DNA of 64,000 bases. Source: Eledone cirrhosa (Eukaryota). The notes beneath the pieces were generated by a model that saw nothing but the letters and a program-made list of their open reading frames with translations, was not told where the DNA came from and did no database searches. A program made the position numbers and the translations under genes. Below are positions 27,067 through 41,380 of the stretch, piece by piece. Every line of letters begins with the position of its first letter. The first letter of the stretch is position 1. The DNA lies in contig OZ024746.1 in NCBI GenBank assembly GCA_964016885.1, positions 2,108,001 through 2,172,000 of the forward strand. The letters run 5' to 3'.

Positions 27067-28800
27067 GGCTGCATCTCGATTTCAAGAATTACTATTTCCA
27101 CACTTGCGACAGGAAGAAATGCCATAGAGACCATAATTGGCAGCATTTTGTATATGGCTTCTAATACCAGCTTTACTGAGGCAAATCCAGCCACACTCAT
27201 TGCACATAAGGTCATTTTGAGCACCTGAAAAGTATCTAGGTAAAATAATATTGTGCAGACCCCTTTTTAATTCTTTATACTCCACTTGAGATTTTTCAAA
27301 TTCCAGTTTTCCATTAAGCACTGTTCTCCTCCAAGATGATCAATGCCTTCTCAGTTATCTTCTCTGATTTTTAACTTTATCAAAGTTCTTTTGATGCAGT
27401 CTTTATACCTGAGTTTTAGTTAATGCCTTACCCATGATTCATTGACTAACTCCCTGTACAGAAACTGCTTAGGAATACAATGATCTGGGATTCTTACAAC
27501 ATGGTCGCTCCAGTGCAATCTATATTGAATTATGAGAGATTCAATACTTTCAAAATAACTTCATTCCAGCTCTTCAGCATCACTCACATGTGAAGACACT
27601 GTTGATGAAAATGGTCAAGCATTTTTATATTTCTGTGATTTGTGACCCAAGTTTCACATACATACAACAATAAAGACAACATACATGTTCTGTGCACCTT
27701 TAGCTTTGTATCAATGGAAATCCCACATCGACACCAGAGACACTCATCTAATTTTCTAAAAGAATCACTTGCTTTCTTTAGTCATAAAGAGATTTCATCA
27801 TCAAGAGTTTGTTCACTGTGCTGCCTAACTACACAACATTTACCCACAACCTTCAATGTTTTGCCATACACATAAATGCTAGGCTTAGTGAAATCCTTAC
27901 CCAGAGCAATTTGGTACATGACTACTGTCAGGGTCAATGTGCTGCATGTCAGTCTCAGATTGAGCAACAACATCACAAGCATCTGCGTACAAACGTTCAC
28001 GTTTAACCCATTAGCATTTAAACTGGCCGTATCCAGCCAGACCTCTCTCACATGTTCAAACCAGTTGCTCATACCAACGTTATGGTATGGTTCTCAAAAT
28101 AAATATCATCATCAAAATCTTGTAGATTCGATATTATGTGAGATAAAGCCTTTACCGTGAAAATACAATAGTTAATATAGAGTAATCTAAATGCTAAAGG
28201 GTTAAAGAAGTGGAAACCATAGAGAAATACAATGCAAACAGAGTAAGTGCTAGCATATTCCTTTGCTTTACCCCATTTTCAACAAAAATGGAATCTGACA
28301 CCTGTCCCTATCTTGGCACAAGCTTGTATACTATCATGAAAACCTCTCAGAACTGATACAAACTTGTCAGGACAATCAAGCTTACCCAGAATCTTCCATA
28401 AGGCCATTCTTCATATCAAGAGCCTTTGTCAGGTCAACAAAGACATGATATAAATCCATTCCCTTCTCAATGCATTTCCTGTAGTTGCCTCACAGAGATC
28501 ATCATATCGGTCACTTCTAATGCCACATTGTGACTCAGGAAAAACATTGCCAATAATGTTATCAAGCATTCTGTCCAGCATGATCTTAGACAAAACTTTT
28601 CCCCCAAACTGACAAGAAGGTTAGCCTGTAATAATTACCACAAACATCCATTGCACCTTTTCCTTTATCAAGCACCACCATCAATGCATTGTTCCAGACT
28701 TGTGGAATACTTTCTTGTAAAAAGTCAAAGATTGTTTCAACTTCCATTTCCAGTACCTCAGTACATATACCATCCATCCCTGGTGACTTTCCATTTTTGT
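27065..28800 (-). mobile_element. Decayed RTE-clade LINE (3' part), interrupted by a TTAA MITE
   Basis: C-terminal CNECGWICLSKAGIRSH zinc finger, LRFNRTKVHRT-like region, FVDLTKA and GKGAMDVCGNY motifs on the minus strand. Confidence 0.78.
28007..28201. mobile_element. TTAA-targeting (piggyBac-type) MITE
   Basis: TTAA|CCCATTAGCATTTA...TAAATGCTAAAGGG|TTAA. Confidence 0.82.
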
Positions 28801-29047
28801 TACTGTTATTATTTTACACTGGTTGCTACCATAATTTGTGTGTTCTATGTTACCTCTATTTTCCCTAGGTTTGTGATTATCGCTATAATTACTAGTTTTT
28901 GCCGTCTTATTGAATAATGACCAAAAGTTCAGTTTAAGTGTATATTTATTGCCCAAGTTGAGTCTATGTAGTGATATACAAGATAATGTTATAATTTTTG
29001 CTGACTAAATGGGGGTTATTGTTATACAGAATTTTATTATTATAGCC

Positions 29048-31200
29048 CAGGGGTCACCAAACTTTTTTCACAGTGGGCCGGATAACTGAAAGAATGACGA
29101 GCGCGGGTTGCATAATCATTCTGTTCAATACTTGCAAGCCAGAACAAAAGCTCTGGGAAAAAAGACGAAACACTACGTTTAGCACATTCCATGTTAATCA
29201 TGGGTGAGTGGCGTGCAATGCACAAAAAACAAAGACGACCAACATATTTATTTACTAAAAAGTTACCAAAGAAGGCGACGTTAGCAAAAATATAGTTACA
29301 TCAGACCTAGTGTGCACATATCCGAATCTTACAAACTAAGCAGCAAAAAAGGTTAGTGAGATTTGTGAAACTGACGTTTGGCTTTCAAGATATCAATGTA
29401 TGGTTTGGAATTGCTGCATCCGATCAAGAGAATTGCTTTCAAATGTTCATGAGTCAATCTCGTTCGATGTGATGACTTCACATACTTCATTTTTGAAAAT
29501 GTTTGCTCACAGACATAAGTTGTTCCAAACAATGATGCCATACCAGCGGCAAATTTTTTTCAGAAGCGGTAAAATTCAACAAGTTTTTCTTCTCTGTGCT
29601 TCTCTTTCAACAAGTCATTTGCTTGCAAATCAATGAGCTCCAACTATAGTTCAACTGGCACATCATCAGGTTACAATCAAACGGATTCTGGAACAGAAGA
29701 ATGTCACTCTCAATTCTGTCGAGATCTGAAAATCTCTCCAAAAAATGCTTCTTCAAGTCACGAATAATCTTTTTAGGAAAATCGAGGTTGACATCTTCAG
29801 GAATTGTAGCGCAGTTGAAACAGTGAAAATGAGAGAAGTTTTCTCCTTCCAGTTGTGCTTCAAACAATGACAGCTTTCTCCGAAACCCTTTGATGATTCT
29901 GTAGAGATCACAGACAAGGTTATCCTTTCCCTGAAGTTTCAAGTTCAGTTCATTCATGTGGGATGTGATGTCGACCAAAAATGACAACTTTGACAGCCAG
30001 GTAGGATCTGACAGTTGTGGATCAGCTCTATCTTTTTCAGTGAGAAAAACATCTATTTCGTTTCGGAGCTTGTAAAAACGAAACGGCCGCAGCTGAGCCA
30101 CCTCAATTTCTGCAAGAAAAGCCTGGAACTGATGGTGATTGAGTGCATGTCCTCGAATGAAGTTCACAGCAGAAACGACTGGTTTCAGTACACAAGAAAT
30201 ATCCAAGTCTTTCCCACAGAGTGCTTGCTGATGTATGATGCAGTGTATGAACAGAGCGCTCGGAATTTGCGAATCTTCCAACTGAGTCCTGATCTGCCCG
30301 ACCAGACCCTTCCTCACTCCAGCCATGTTTTTTCCTCCATCAACTGTAACACCTTGAAGCTGATTCCACTGAAGGTTATAGTCTTGCAAAATTTTCTGCA
30401 CTTCCATGAAAATGTCTTTTCCAGTTGTTGTGCCATGCATGCAGCAAACGGATGCCAACTCTTCCGTTATCTGAAAGTCCAAATTGACACCACGAATGAA
30501 CACGAGAAGTTGTGACGTACTCGAGAGATCAGTAGACTCATCCAGCGCCAGAGAATACCACAAGTTCCTGGCTTTCTCGCGTATCTGTAGCACTATGTTC
30601 TCTCCAAGTTCTTCTGCTCTCCGCACAACTGAACTTGCCGAAAGGCTGATACTTCCAAACAAATCGGCTTTCTCTCTCAGGACACAAGTCATTTGCTGCT
30701 TCCATCATACACTCTTTGATGAAGTTGCCATCAGTAAACGGTTTTCCTCGCTCTGCCAACTTATGTACTATTTTGTAACTTGTACGAGTGACAGATTCAT
30801 TTTCAGCAAACTTTCTCGTGAAGAGATTTCTTTGAGTTTCTAAACCACGTTTTATGGACTCATATTTCTCAGAGCGTAACTTTCCAGAAAACTTTGAATA
30901 TGTTGATAGATGTTTTGTTTCATAGTGACGCCGAAGATTGTACTCTTTCAAAATGGCAACACTTTCGCTGCATACCACGCAACTAGCTTTCTGGTCCTTA
31001 GAAGTATTTTACTCCCCATTCTTCATTGAAAACGCGACACTCGGCGTCCACTTTTCTTTTCTTAGTAGCCATAATAAAGGGTGAAGAAAACGGGATCTGA
31101 AAATGAAAAAGACATTGAATTAGAAACATCTCGTGTTCCATACATTTTATCACGCAAATGCAAGCACCGTCGGCGGGCCGTAGTAGTTTGGTGACCCCTG
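29048..31200 (-). mobile_element. hAT DNA transposon, Charlie/Buster (SPIN/OC1-like) group, full length with a broken transposase
   Basis: Perfect 16-bp TIR CAGGGGTCACCAAACT; 8-bp TSD TTATAGCC/TTATATCC. Confidence 0.93.
29353..31072 (-). pseudogene. hAT transposase pseudogene (GTF2IRD2/Buster-like)
   Basis: MATKKRKVDAECRVFNEEW.., KEYNLRRHYETKH, YSLALDESTD, HCIIHQQALC, LQGK and FGTTYVCEQTFSKMK, split over at least four frames. Confidence 0.9.
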
Positions 31201-31339
31201 TTATATCCAGATCTGTGCAGAGCTTCATTGTAATATTGAGTACTCTGATTAAAGCCAACCTGGTTAGAGGAAAGTTTAGAGATGCTATTAGATACATTAT
31301 TGTCAAGTTATATTATTGTTAGATACATTATTGTACAAG

Positions 31340-31536
31340 CCATGTACAGAGTAGCTGTCAGCAAAGTGAGATTAGGAAATTAGTTTAGTGAGGAATTTAA
31401 GGTACAAGTAGGAGTTCATTAAGGTTCAGTTCTTAGATCACTACTATTCATTATAATTCTCCAGGCGATAACAGAGGAGATGAGAAAGGATTGCGACATG
31501 TGGAAAAGCGGACATAAAAAACGATGATGATGATGA
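31340..31536 (+). mobile_element. RTE RT and tail remnant
   Basis: QAMYRVAVSKVR..FSEEFKVQVGVH.GSVL, then a (GAT)n tail. Confidence 0.7.
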
Positions 31537-32215
31537 GATATTTGCCCGGTTTATGAAAGGGTTTGTATAGACTGACCTCAATATTTAAATTTGTCTTGAA
31601 AGTTCACTACTCTATTATTAGTATCTATAGTTTTGTTATACTCCTTAAAGTATCTATGTAAACGTTTTTTATTTAAGTTTCTTACTAATAGTGAAGAGTA
31701 CATTGTCGCAATATAGGCCCCCTAAATATCATCTTGTGCTGATTTCTGTTCTATTTCTTTTGTGAGTAGTTGCAATACATGGTATGTATTTTTCCCTGTA
31801 AGAGTAATAATGTTATTTCAGTTTTGTAATATTTTGTATTGAATACTTATTCAATTATTGTATATTGTATGAATATTTCTTCACAATGATATTGAAATTT
31901 TCCTTGTTGAGATTCCTGCATCCCTTCCATAGTTTAGTAGGCATTGTACTAAGCTGTTTTTATCTTTATTGTATGGCTGCACTACTAGAAGTGAGTTAAC
32001 AGCCTGTACAAATAATTAATAATAGGTGAAGGTGATGATTCTAAGAAATTGTTATTGTTTAAATAATGTGCCATCTATAACTACTTATTTATTGCCTGAC
32101 TCATTTCTAAAACCTGCATCAACAGGTTCTCATATATGTTATCTAGATTTGTGCAAATGTTGTTTGCATATACTTAAAAAAAAAAGAGATTCAAAGTAGA
32201 TTTAGTTAACTTGCC

Positions 32216-32478
32216 TAACCCTTTCATAATGCATTCCTAATGAAATACACTCTGTTTTAATTAATGAATGAAATATTTTGAAGGATTTATTAAAATTATT
32301 AATTATTTCATCACTAAGATTTAATGTAAAATTATGTTGGAAAATTTTAATGTAAAATTATGTTTGAAAATTTTAATGTAAAATTATGTTGGAAAATTTT
32401 AATTTAAATTGGAAACCTTTAAAATGGATTTTATAGAACCAGAGTCAGTTATGGTCGGGTTGGTAACTAAACGGTTAA
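32216..32478. mobile_element. TTAA-type MITE, family 2 (other copies ~36794-37041, 47652-47886, partial 58199 and 63809), with an internal 26-bp x3 tandem
   Basis: TAACCCTTTC...GGTTGGTAACTAAACGGTTAA; clear similarity to 47652-47886. Tandem TTAATGTAAAATTATGTTGGAAAATT at 32321, 32347 and 32373. Confidence 0.7.
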
Positions 32479-33889
32479 AACTTTATCTAAACATTTGTGT
32501 TATCTATTTAGATATTTAAGTGAGAATGTTTATATGTAAGCGTTACTAAGTTTCAATGTTAATTGATATACGCAATAGCTTTGCCACCAATGTGAAGTTT
32601 GTTTTTTCGCTAGTGTGGCTTAGGAAACTCTATACGTTCTCTTGATAAAATAATATTTAACCACTAACTTTTTCAGATTTGGTTTTATAAAACTTTAAAA
32701 TTACTTTTTAAAATTATTATTGGAAGTTTTCTCAATTATGTACTAAAAAATATAATCAAATTTATGTGTTTGATGTGTTACGTATTGAAATGTGCAGATT
32801 TGTAAATGTTTATTAGAAGAATAATTGTGAAATCCATTTGATATTTGGATAGTTAATCTAAAACTAGTATGGGCAACATTTGTGTTTTTTAGCTTGCAAC
32901 ATCTGTCTTTGCCGACTATTTTAAAGCAGATTTTTAAAGAATAAATTCATTTCCTGTATTATATTGCATGGAAATAATGAATTTCATACAATTGGGAAAA
33001 AAAAAGAGGCATGTTCAACATTATATTTATAAATTTAGATATTTTACAGAAATTAATGTAATTACTAGGTCTTTACTGCTGAAATTTTAATGAAGACTAC
33101 ATAATTATCATAAATTGAAAATTGTCCCAACCCCCCTTTTTAAAAAAAATTATTGAATGGGCATTTTAAAAACTCATTGCAGGATAAAACATATTTCCAA
33201 TGGAAATATAAAAAATATTTGTCTTAAAATATTTTCAAAATAACATAAAAGCTATTTTTCCAATGCAGCAAGAATCAAATAATCTCTTATCATAAAAGTA
33301 TCTCTGGAATAAAATTTCACTTAATTTTGTTAAGTATTCAATTTTTAATCCTTTTTTCGTACACTGCAGATAACATTTTTGTCATTTATTTTAAGTCAAC
33401 CTCATTTGAAGGTCATTTTTCTTCTTCTTGGCTGTCTTTACTATTTATTCACAATGAAACCTGTCAGTTTTCTTGACATTCATATTAAATTCTCTGAGTT
33501 TCCATAGCACAAGTGTTTATTGCCTAACTTCCTGTTGCATGACTATTGGATTACATTTTTTGTTTAGTTTTTAAATTGGCATTTCACATTTCTATATTAC
33601 ATCAACCAGGAAAGAAAATTTCTTTGAACTAGTCATTTGTAACACTGATGCATGTAAGTTACATAACAGAACTTACCGTATATACACATATATAAGTTGT
33701 GCAAAAAAATCAATGGTTAAATGGAGTTGGCTTATATTCGAGGGCAATATTTTGCTGATTTTCACCAACTTCAAAATTCTACGTAAATAAGGTGGTAAAA
33801 TATTTTCACTTTGGGGGTGAATATCACACTGGCGGTTTTACTGTATTTGTATAATGGATTAATGATATATATATATGATGCTGTTTACT

Positions 33890-34480
33890 TGAGAGAAGAC
33901 TACGTTGGTATGGTCACGTGATGCGTATGAAAGACGACAGTTGTATAAAAAAGTGCAGGGCGATCAAAATTGATGGAAGTTACGGAGTAGGTAGACCCAG
34001 AAAAACCTGGGACGATTTGATAAATTCCGACCGTACACACTTACACCTCTCCAAGACAATGTCACTGGACCGAGATCTTTGGCGCTACACAGTAATACAG
34101 AAGAACTGCCTTGCCTATGTACAAAACGAAACCTACAGTCAGTAGGCACCTCTTAACCAAATATATACCCCAACCCACTCCCACCAACACCACCCGTTAT
34201 GTTGAATACCACAACATCCAGTCCAAAATAAATGAGGTCGTGTAGTTGTCACGACAAAAACCTCCACGCTGTAATGTGGCCCTGTAGGTAACACGGTAAA
34301 AACCTCCCAGTCCACACTGTAAACGTGGTTGTTAGGAAGGGCATCCGGCCGTAGAGAACCTGCCAGACAGTCCTATACGAGCGAGACATGGTCACCCGAC
34401 CAATCTTGCCTCAAGTAGGACAATTCCTGTCTAAACTCATGCTAGCGTGGAAGATAGACGTTAAACGATGATGATGATGA
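33890..34480 (+). mobile_element. RTE LINE 3' end
   Basis: RLRWYGHVMRM...GRPRKTWDD..., then a 3'UTR ending GACGTTAAACGATGATGATG. Confidence 0.85.
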
Positions 34481-35868
34481 TATATATATATATGTCAATT
34501 ATAATATTAGGTAAACAATCCCATTGTTATTGATCTAGTCAATTTCCTGAATAGTTATTACCTATAATGAGGTTTATAGTTCAGTCAGTGTTTCAGCTTT
34601 GACATAAAATAAAGCAGACAATAAATTTGATGAGACATGCCTAAGTATTCTCTGATGAAATGTGTGTTGTGGTGCCAGTTGAGATTGAAATATGCTCTAT
34701 ATGAGATTCAAAACTTTTTATTTCCTATTTCTGCAACATAAATCTGCTACCACAGAACTAATAAGGATTACTCAAAAGCTACAATTGCTTGAGTTAGATT
34801 ATTCTGGAAATATTAGCATTATATTTTTTTGTATTTGTTTATCAGCACTGAGGTAAGTTAGTCTATTACAAAACATTGCTTCTTAATGAAACCTTTCATT
34901 TATCTAAAAGTTATAGATCTTCCAAAGTTTTTACTAAACATAAATCATAAAAGCTTTTAGAATTGTTGAAGATTAAACATGTTAGATTTTAATGCTAGCA
35001 ATTCTAGAAGTTTAATTTTCATTAGGAAATAGATTTGGTTTACTATTTTTGTTAGTGAATAAAAATGATTACTTTTTAAAAATTATTAATTCTCTAAATC
35101 CTTCTTATCTTTTCACATTGGCTCAGTTCAATGTAACCAAAATTAACCTTGATTCATAGAAATTGATCTGTTAGAAAAGGATTTTACAGTTGACTCTTTG
35201 GTACTGAATCTAACTCATTCCAGAACCTTATTCAATTAAAATATATGTATTTATCAAGTCATTCCAAACTATCAATCCATACTGAAACTATACATAAAGC
35301 ATCCTACACTCTTTAAATAATATTAAAACACAAATTATCAAAAGCAACAAATACATATAATAAAAACAATGTCATGATTGTACAAAAAGATTGTAAAAAT
35401 AAATTTGAAAAAAATTGTTTTCAATTTTTGTTTTACTTATAGTTTGTCTTGATCTGTATCATTAACAGAAGAGTGTGAATAAAATGAAATGATTCAACAT
35501 AACATTTAAAGCTCCTGCTATCATACACATGCTCACAGAATTTCCGTTAACAAGCCCAAGCAACTTTTTGTCATTTTAATTTTTGATGTATTATTTCTGT
35601 TACCATAGATGTTCATTACTAAAGAGCTGATTGTATTTCTAAATATTTTTGTTGATTTGAAATCCCTGCTTAATATTTAACCATGTATTCACTAAAGAAA
35701 CTAGAAAGTGTAACCTTATTTGAGATACTGGGTCAGTTGAGGTTGGATTTAATTGACCTACGCTTAAGGTTAAAGGAGGAATAACTACTGAACAAGTTAC
35801 AGTTAATATGTGAAATGATTAATTATAGAAATACTTGTTTTAGATATTAGTATATGTTCACAAATAAT

Positions 35869-36056
35869 TGTTTCTATTTTTGGCACAAGGCTAGCAATTA
35901 TCCCAGTGCATTACTGGTACTTTATTTTATCGATCCTGTAAGGATGAAAGGCAAAGTTAACCTCGGCGGGATTTGAACTCAGACAATAAAGGGATGTAAC
36001 TCTATGTTGCAAAGCATGACGTCCGACCCTCTACCGATACTGCCAATCCACCGCCC
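35869..36056 (-). mobile_element. Nin/Deu-domain-like tRNA SINE with a 16-bp TSD (related minus-strand copies ~23680, 40630, 40888, 49345, 54645, 59755)
   Basis: ACTGGTACTTTATTTTATCGA.CC.GTAAGGATGAAAGGCAAAGTTAACCTCGGCGGGATTTGAACTC; flanked by TATGTTCACAAATAAT on both sides. Confidence 0.82.
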
Positions 36057-36502
36057 TATGTTCACAAATAATAAGGTTACAGTTTTGATTAAATCAGCCT
36101 CAGTACTTCACTGGTACTTATTTTCTCAAATTGATTAAAAGCATAGCAAACATGTCCTTCCTTTTAAGATGGTATGGTATGATTTGAAGGATATTTGGCT
36201 GCTGTTTGTGGTATATCCTCTGTCCATGCTGAGGTTCATTGAATTTATATAAATGATGTTGATATCACTGAAATACACTAGTGCAGTAGAATCTGCTTAT
36301 TATAATCATGGATAACATTATTGATTGATTATTGACTCCAAGTACTGTATTTGTTTAATGTTATTAGCCAGTTATTATTGAAAAGACTTTGTTCCAAATT
36401 AAGTGGCGTCCACTATATATATTTAATAACAAACAATAAGGTTAATAATTTGAAAAACCCTAACTTCTCGTATGTTAACTCATCTAATCTAAAATTCTAA
36501 GA

Positions 36503-36767
36503 CAAGGGTCCCCAACCTTTTGGGTCCGCAGGCCGGATAGCCATGCAGCGGTGGCTCCGTGGGTCGGATGAGCAATTAATACTACTTATACACAAATAAT
36601 CATTTATTTATCCCTTATGTTAGATTTGAAACAAAATTCAATTTTGATACTTAGAGCTGTCCCAAGCAGAAAAATACTTATAAACATTGTTTTATTCGGG
36701 GGAGAATTTATTGCAAACTGTACCCATTTTCTTCACAGGCCGGATTGAAACCCTTTGGGGACCCCTG
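36503..36767. mobile_element. hAT-type MITE
   Basis: TIR CAAGGGTCCCCAA / TTGGGGACCCCTG; 8-bp flanks TTCTAAGA/GTTTAAGA. Confidence 0.75.
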
Positions 36768-39536
36768 GTTTAAGATTTGTTTTGTTTTCTGTTTAATCTT
36801 TTTGATACCAACCCTGGCTTTATGAGAAAAACCTCCCTGTTTTAAAGTGTTCATACTTATATTAAAACCTTCTATCATAATTTTATGTAAGAACATTTTG
36901 TTATGTTCCAAACACCTGCTTACTAATAAAAATATTAGTAGTTATTTTACTAAATTCCTCTCAATATTTTTGTTATTTTCAAAATTTATTGAAGTACATT
37001 GGCAGTGTATTTCATTAGAAATATGATAATGAAAGGCTTAAGTGGTGTTGTATATTTCTGACAAGATTACTCTCAACTTGTTATATCATCATCACCACTC
37101 TTTATATGTTTAATAATTTTCCTTTACACATTCCAATACCATTAGAGCAGTTTATTATTATTGTACAATTCATTTTTCACCTTTTAGCCACTCACTATTT
37201 ACACTATATGAATACCATCTAATTTACCAATCGTTTGTGAACAGAATGAAGTTTATTTCTTAAAACTTTTTCTAACTGCATTTCCAATGGAATATTCTCT
37301 ATTTCAACCAAGAATTTTGTGGGATTTACTAAATTATTATTCCATTACTAAGAAAGTAAGTTAGCATATGGTTCTTAGAAGAGATTAATGTAAACAGAAA
37401 TTCTTTAAAATCGATAGATGGGGTGGTGGTGATAATAGAACCCAGGGCTGATTTTGGTTGGGTTGATATAAAAAAAAGGTTAAATAACTGAGTTTGGCTA
37501 TAATGTTGAATAATTAATATAATCCTACATGCTGAAATACAGAAGTCACACACAAGCTTCAACTGAGAAAAAAAACTTTCTTAGTTTCCTCAACCTAAAC
37601 AGAAATTCTTTTTTACTTTTCAGATGTATACTTGCATGCATTTATTTATCAAGAAAAGAAAATTATTCATATATAAAAATATTTATATATGAGAGAGATG
37701 AGAGCAAGCTTTGAAGCCAAATCAGTTCTAAATTTATGAAACAAATGCACTGTTTGTTAAGTACAATGCATTTTGCATTTTCTTTTAAATTCAAAGTTGC
37801 TGTTTAACCAGATGTCAGCTCTGATTGACCAACACCTATGATTAAAGACATTCCAGTCTGGTCAACACTTTTGAATATTTAGGACTACATTATACAATGT
37901 TTCCTGTTTTTCAGTAAGGTGTAATTTGAGGGGTTTTTTTTTGTATTTCTAGTAGGTTGAGTAACCAGAGGAGCTGCCTCTTTCTCTTATTTGTTAGTTT
38001 TAGAGGGCAAGAAGGTAGTACCCTTAACTATATTAGGGCTTCGCAGACTGGGAGAGAGTAATATTTAACTTAAGTTTGTATGATCAATGTGTAATCCATA
38101 TTTTAATTTTGTAGGTTAGTTAGAAGTGAAATATGGATTTTTTTTTTTTTTGTGTGGCAGGATTTAAACATTAAACACATCTTTTATTTGCCTCCCCCCT
38201 ATAAGTTGGTAGTGCTGGTGCCATGACAAAACACACCCAGCCTGCTCTGTAAGGTAGTAGGGCTGGTGCCATGAAAAATGCTTCCAGTAGAAACCCAACG
38301 GAACATATGAACGAGTGATAGTCACCTGATCTGTTGAGCCCCAGAATGTGACAACCAATCTAATCCATTGTTAACATGAAAATAGACGTTAAACGATGAT
38401 GATGATTATACATCATTTACTTACTATTCATGTCCATTTCAATCTAGTTTCTATTCTTGCATACATTGGTCAATGTTATTAAGTCTCTTCCTCATTTACA
38501 CTGGCTGAATCACATGAATCACTACATGTTTCATGTAGTTGAGTGAAAGACACTCTTTCTGGTCACTCTTATTTTATATGTTTTGTAAACAATAGTCATT
38601 GTTGGTTCTAAGTTTCCAACAAGCTAGACTGTCTCTGATTCACCACATTAGTGAGAGTGTCTGTGCAACTCAAGCAGAATAAATACCACCAGATATTTTT
38701 GTTTTATGGCAATTTTCTTACCAATGTTTATTTCTGCAGATTGCACACATGTGCATACGCTTATTAACAGACAAAACAAGCTTCTGCACATTCTCAGTCT
38801 ACCAAATTTGACATGCCATTCAGCCATTTTGGCTCAATGAAGTACAAAAGTAAAAAATATAAATTACTCTCTTGATCTAGTTAGTCAAGCCTTTTGTGTG
38901 TGTCTGTGTGTGTGGCAAACAGGAGATATTTTGGGATACATTTCAGTTGGATTCTTTTTGTTGTTCAGTGACTTGTTGATGTAAAAAGATAACTTTAGTT
39001 GGTGTCAAAGTTACAGGCTGGATAAAATCTGGTCAAATATCTTTAGTGATTTTATAAGTGATATTAAAAAAATTCTTTTATGAATGGGTATGACTGACAA
39101 ATGAATCAGGATGTGGTCTGGTTGCTAATACATTGTTCCATAAAGGAACATTACCTAGTTTATCCTATAATAATTATTTGAGGTCTGTGTTCTCTGCTAG
39201 CAAGGGTTGGATGAGTCATCACAGATAAACTTGGTACTTAGTCTGAACTACTGACTTCTCAGACAGGCCAGGGACATGCATCTTACATATATTCCTGCAC
39301 TCTATCAAGTGCATTTTATTGTCGTACCAACAATAGGTAGGTTATGTCTTTGATACAGCTGAAGAGTTCTTTCAACTGTTTGTTAGGCAAGTTTTCTGCA
39401 CTTGGATTTTCTTTCTATCATTAATTATTGAAAATTATGCCTATATCTTGCAGAAAGCCTTACAAATATTTCAAGAACAATTTATAAACAATGAAGCATA
39501 TTTATTTTTGAATTCACTCAAATTAATCCCTATGTT

Positions 39537-39773
39537 CTTGGTTGCCAGATTGCCCTACTTTTCAGGATAGCATGCTATTTTAAAATATTAATTTTTAAAG
39601 GTAAGAATCCTATTAAATTTCTATTTGACGTGAATTGGAACTAATTTACAGGTTTCCTTGTGTATATATTTTTAATTTGCAAGCAAAGTTTTTATTTTGG
39701 GCTATTTTCTTAATAGTCTGCTGTTTTTTGAAACTGTGCTACTTGAAATAGTGGAAGTCATCTGGCAACCCTG
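39537..39773. mobile_element. Old hAT-type MITE
   Basis: GGTTGCCAGAT ... ATCTGGCAACCCTG inverted ends; TSD degraded. Confidence 0.55.
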
Positions 39774-41380
39774 TTTGTGTTTCTGCCCTTAAAAGGGCAA
39801 ACCTTGTACATAAAATAGATTCTGAAAATAGAATTAGAAGCTTTCATCGTAACTTGACTATAGAAAATAGTCTAATATTAGGACATGAAGCCATATAACG
39901 GAAAATCCGTTCTCTCTTATTTTCATAATAAGTATGCTGTGGGTTAGTTTCCCAAGCACACTAATGCCCATCTTTCCATTATGGAGGTTTATGTGCCCTA
40001 ACATTAAACTATTTTCTATAATTAATCTACGGCAAAATCTTGTAATTCTATTTTCAGTCATCACCATATTCTAATCCACACGTGCTTTCATAAAATAGAT
40101 TTATATTCCAAATTTGTTTTGAAGAGTCGACTTGCATAATTTGTTTTCTCCATCATGGCTAAGGCCATGCTAACTCCCAAGAAACCTATGAAATACAAAC
40201 CTCATAGGTTTCAACTAAACTTACATTGATGTGGGCTGTAACAATAGCCACATTTATAAGATTTTCCTAGAGTTTTTGGTAAATGTCAAAAATACAGACT
40301 ATAAACTACCCATATAAATATATCTTTATGCCAAACATGTTAATATAAACTAACATTTATTATTTTTATGATATTCTATTTTTTGTTTTATCTTCGTATA
40401 GTTTAAATTCAACTTCACTTTATTTATATATCTGATGATGATGATGATGGTGATCTGTTTCTGTTTCTGTTTCTGTTTGGAAATTATTGAAAAACATTGT
40501 TTATTATTGGCCGAAACAATATAAATGTAAAATATACAAATATGAGGAGTGTTCAATACTGTTCAAGTTCAAAACTAGACATCTTGATAAGGGTTGATTT
40601 TTAAATAATTTTAATTAGAATATTATTATTTATTTCAGTCTCATGACATGGGTGTAGGCTTTCCACTGAGATATGAGAAAAGCTGAACATTGGTTTCTGA
40701 TTTAGGCACACGGACAGCAATTTTAGGGGAGGGAAAAGTTGATTAATTGACCCAGTGTATTACTGGTATTTTATTTTATTGACTCCTGTAAGGATGAAAG
40801 GCAAAACTAACCTCAGCAGGATTTGATCTCAGAACATAAAGGGGTGTAACTCTATGCCATGAAGCAGGGTGTCCAAAGCTAAATAATTGTTTCTACTTTA
40901 GGCACAAGGCCAGCAATTACCCAGTGCGTTACTGGTACTTTATTTCATCGACCCCGTAAGGATGAAAGGCAAAGTCAACCTCGGCGGGATTTGAACTCAG
41001 ATCGTAAAGGGACGTAACTATGCTGGAAAGCATAACGTCCGACCCTCTACCGATACTGCCAATCCACTCTATGCCATGAAGCAGGGTGTCCAAAGCTAAA
41101 TAATGAACCTTGTTTATCGATACAACTGTTGTTTTCTGATAACCTATTATACTTTTATTTGTACCTAGTAGCAGAAACTAAAGGAGGAGATGCTTTGTGG
41201 TATTTAACCCCTTTGATACCAACCTGCCCCCAAATCACCCATTTTAACTTATTAGCATTTAAACTGGCCATATCCAGCCAGAATTCTCTCACCTCTTTCT
41301 ATTCAAAATGGTCAAAACTGGCTGCTCATACCAATGTTAAAGTATTGTTCTCAAAATAAATATCAAAATCTCATAGATTC

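Noticed and set aside
34647-34708. Possible hammerhead CUGAUGA...GAAA-UAU/AUA-UG
   Set aside because: G at the cleavage position, weak stems I and II and no second copy; may be chance or very old.
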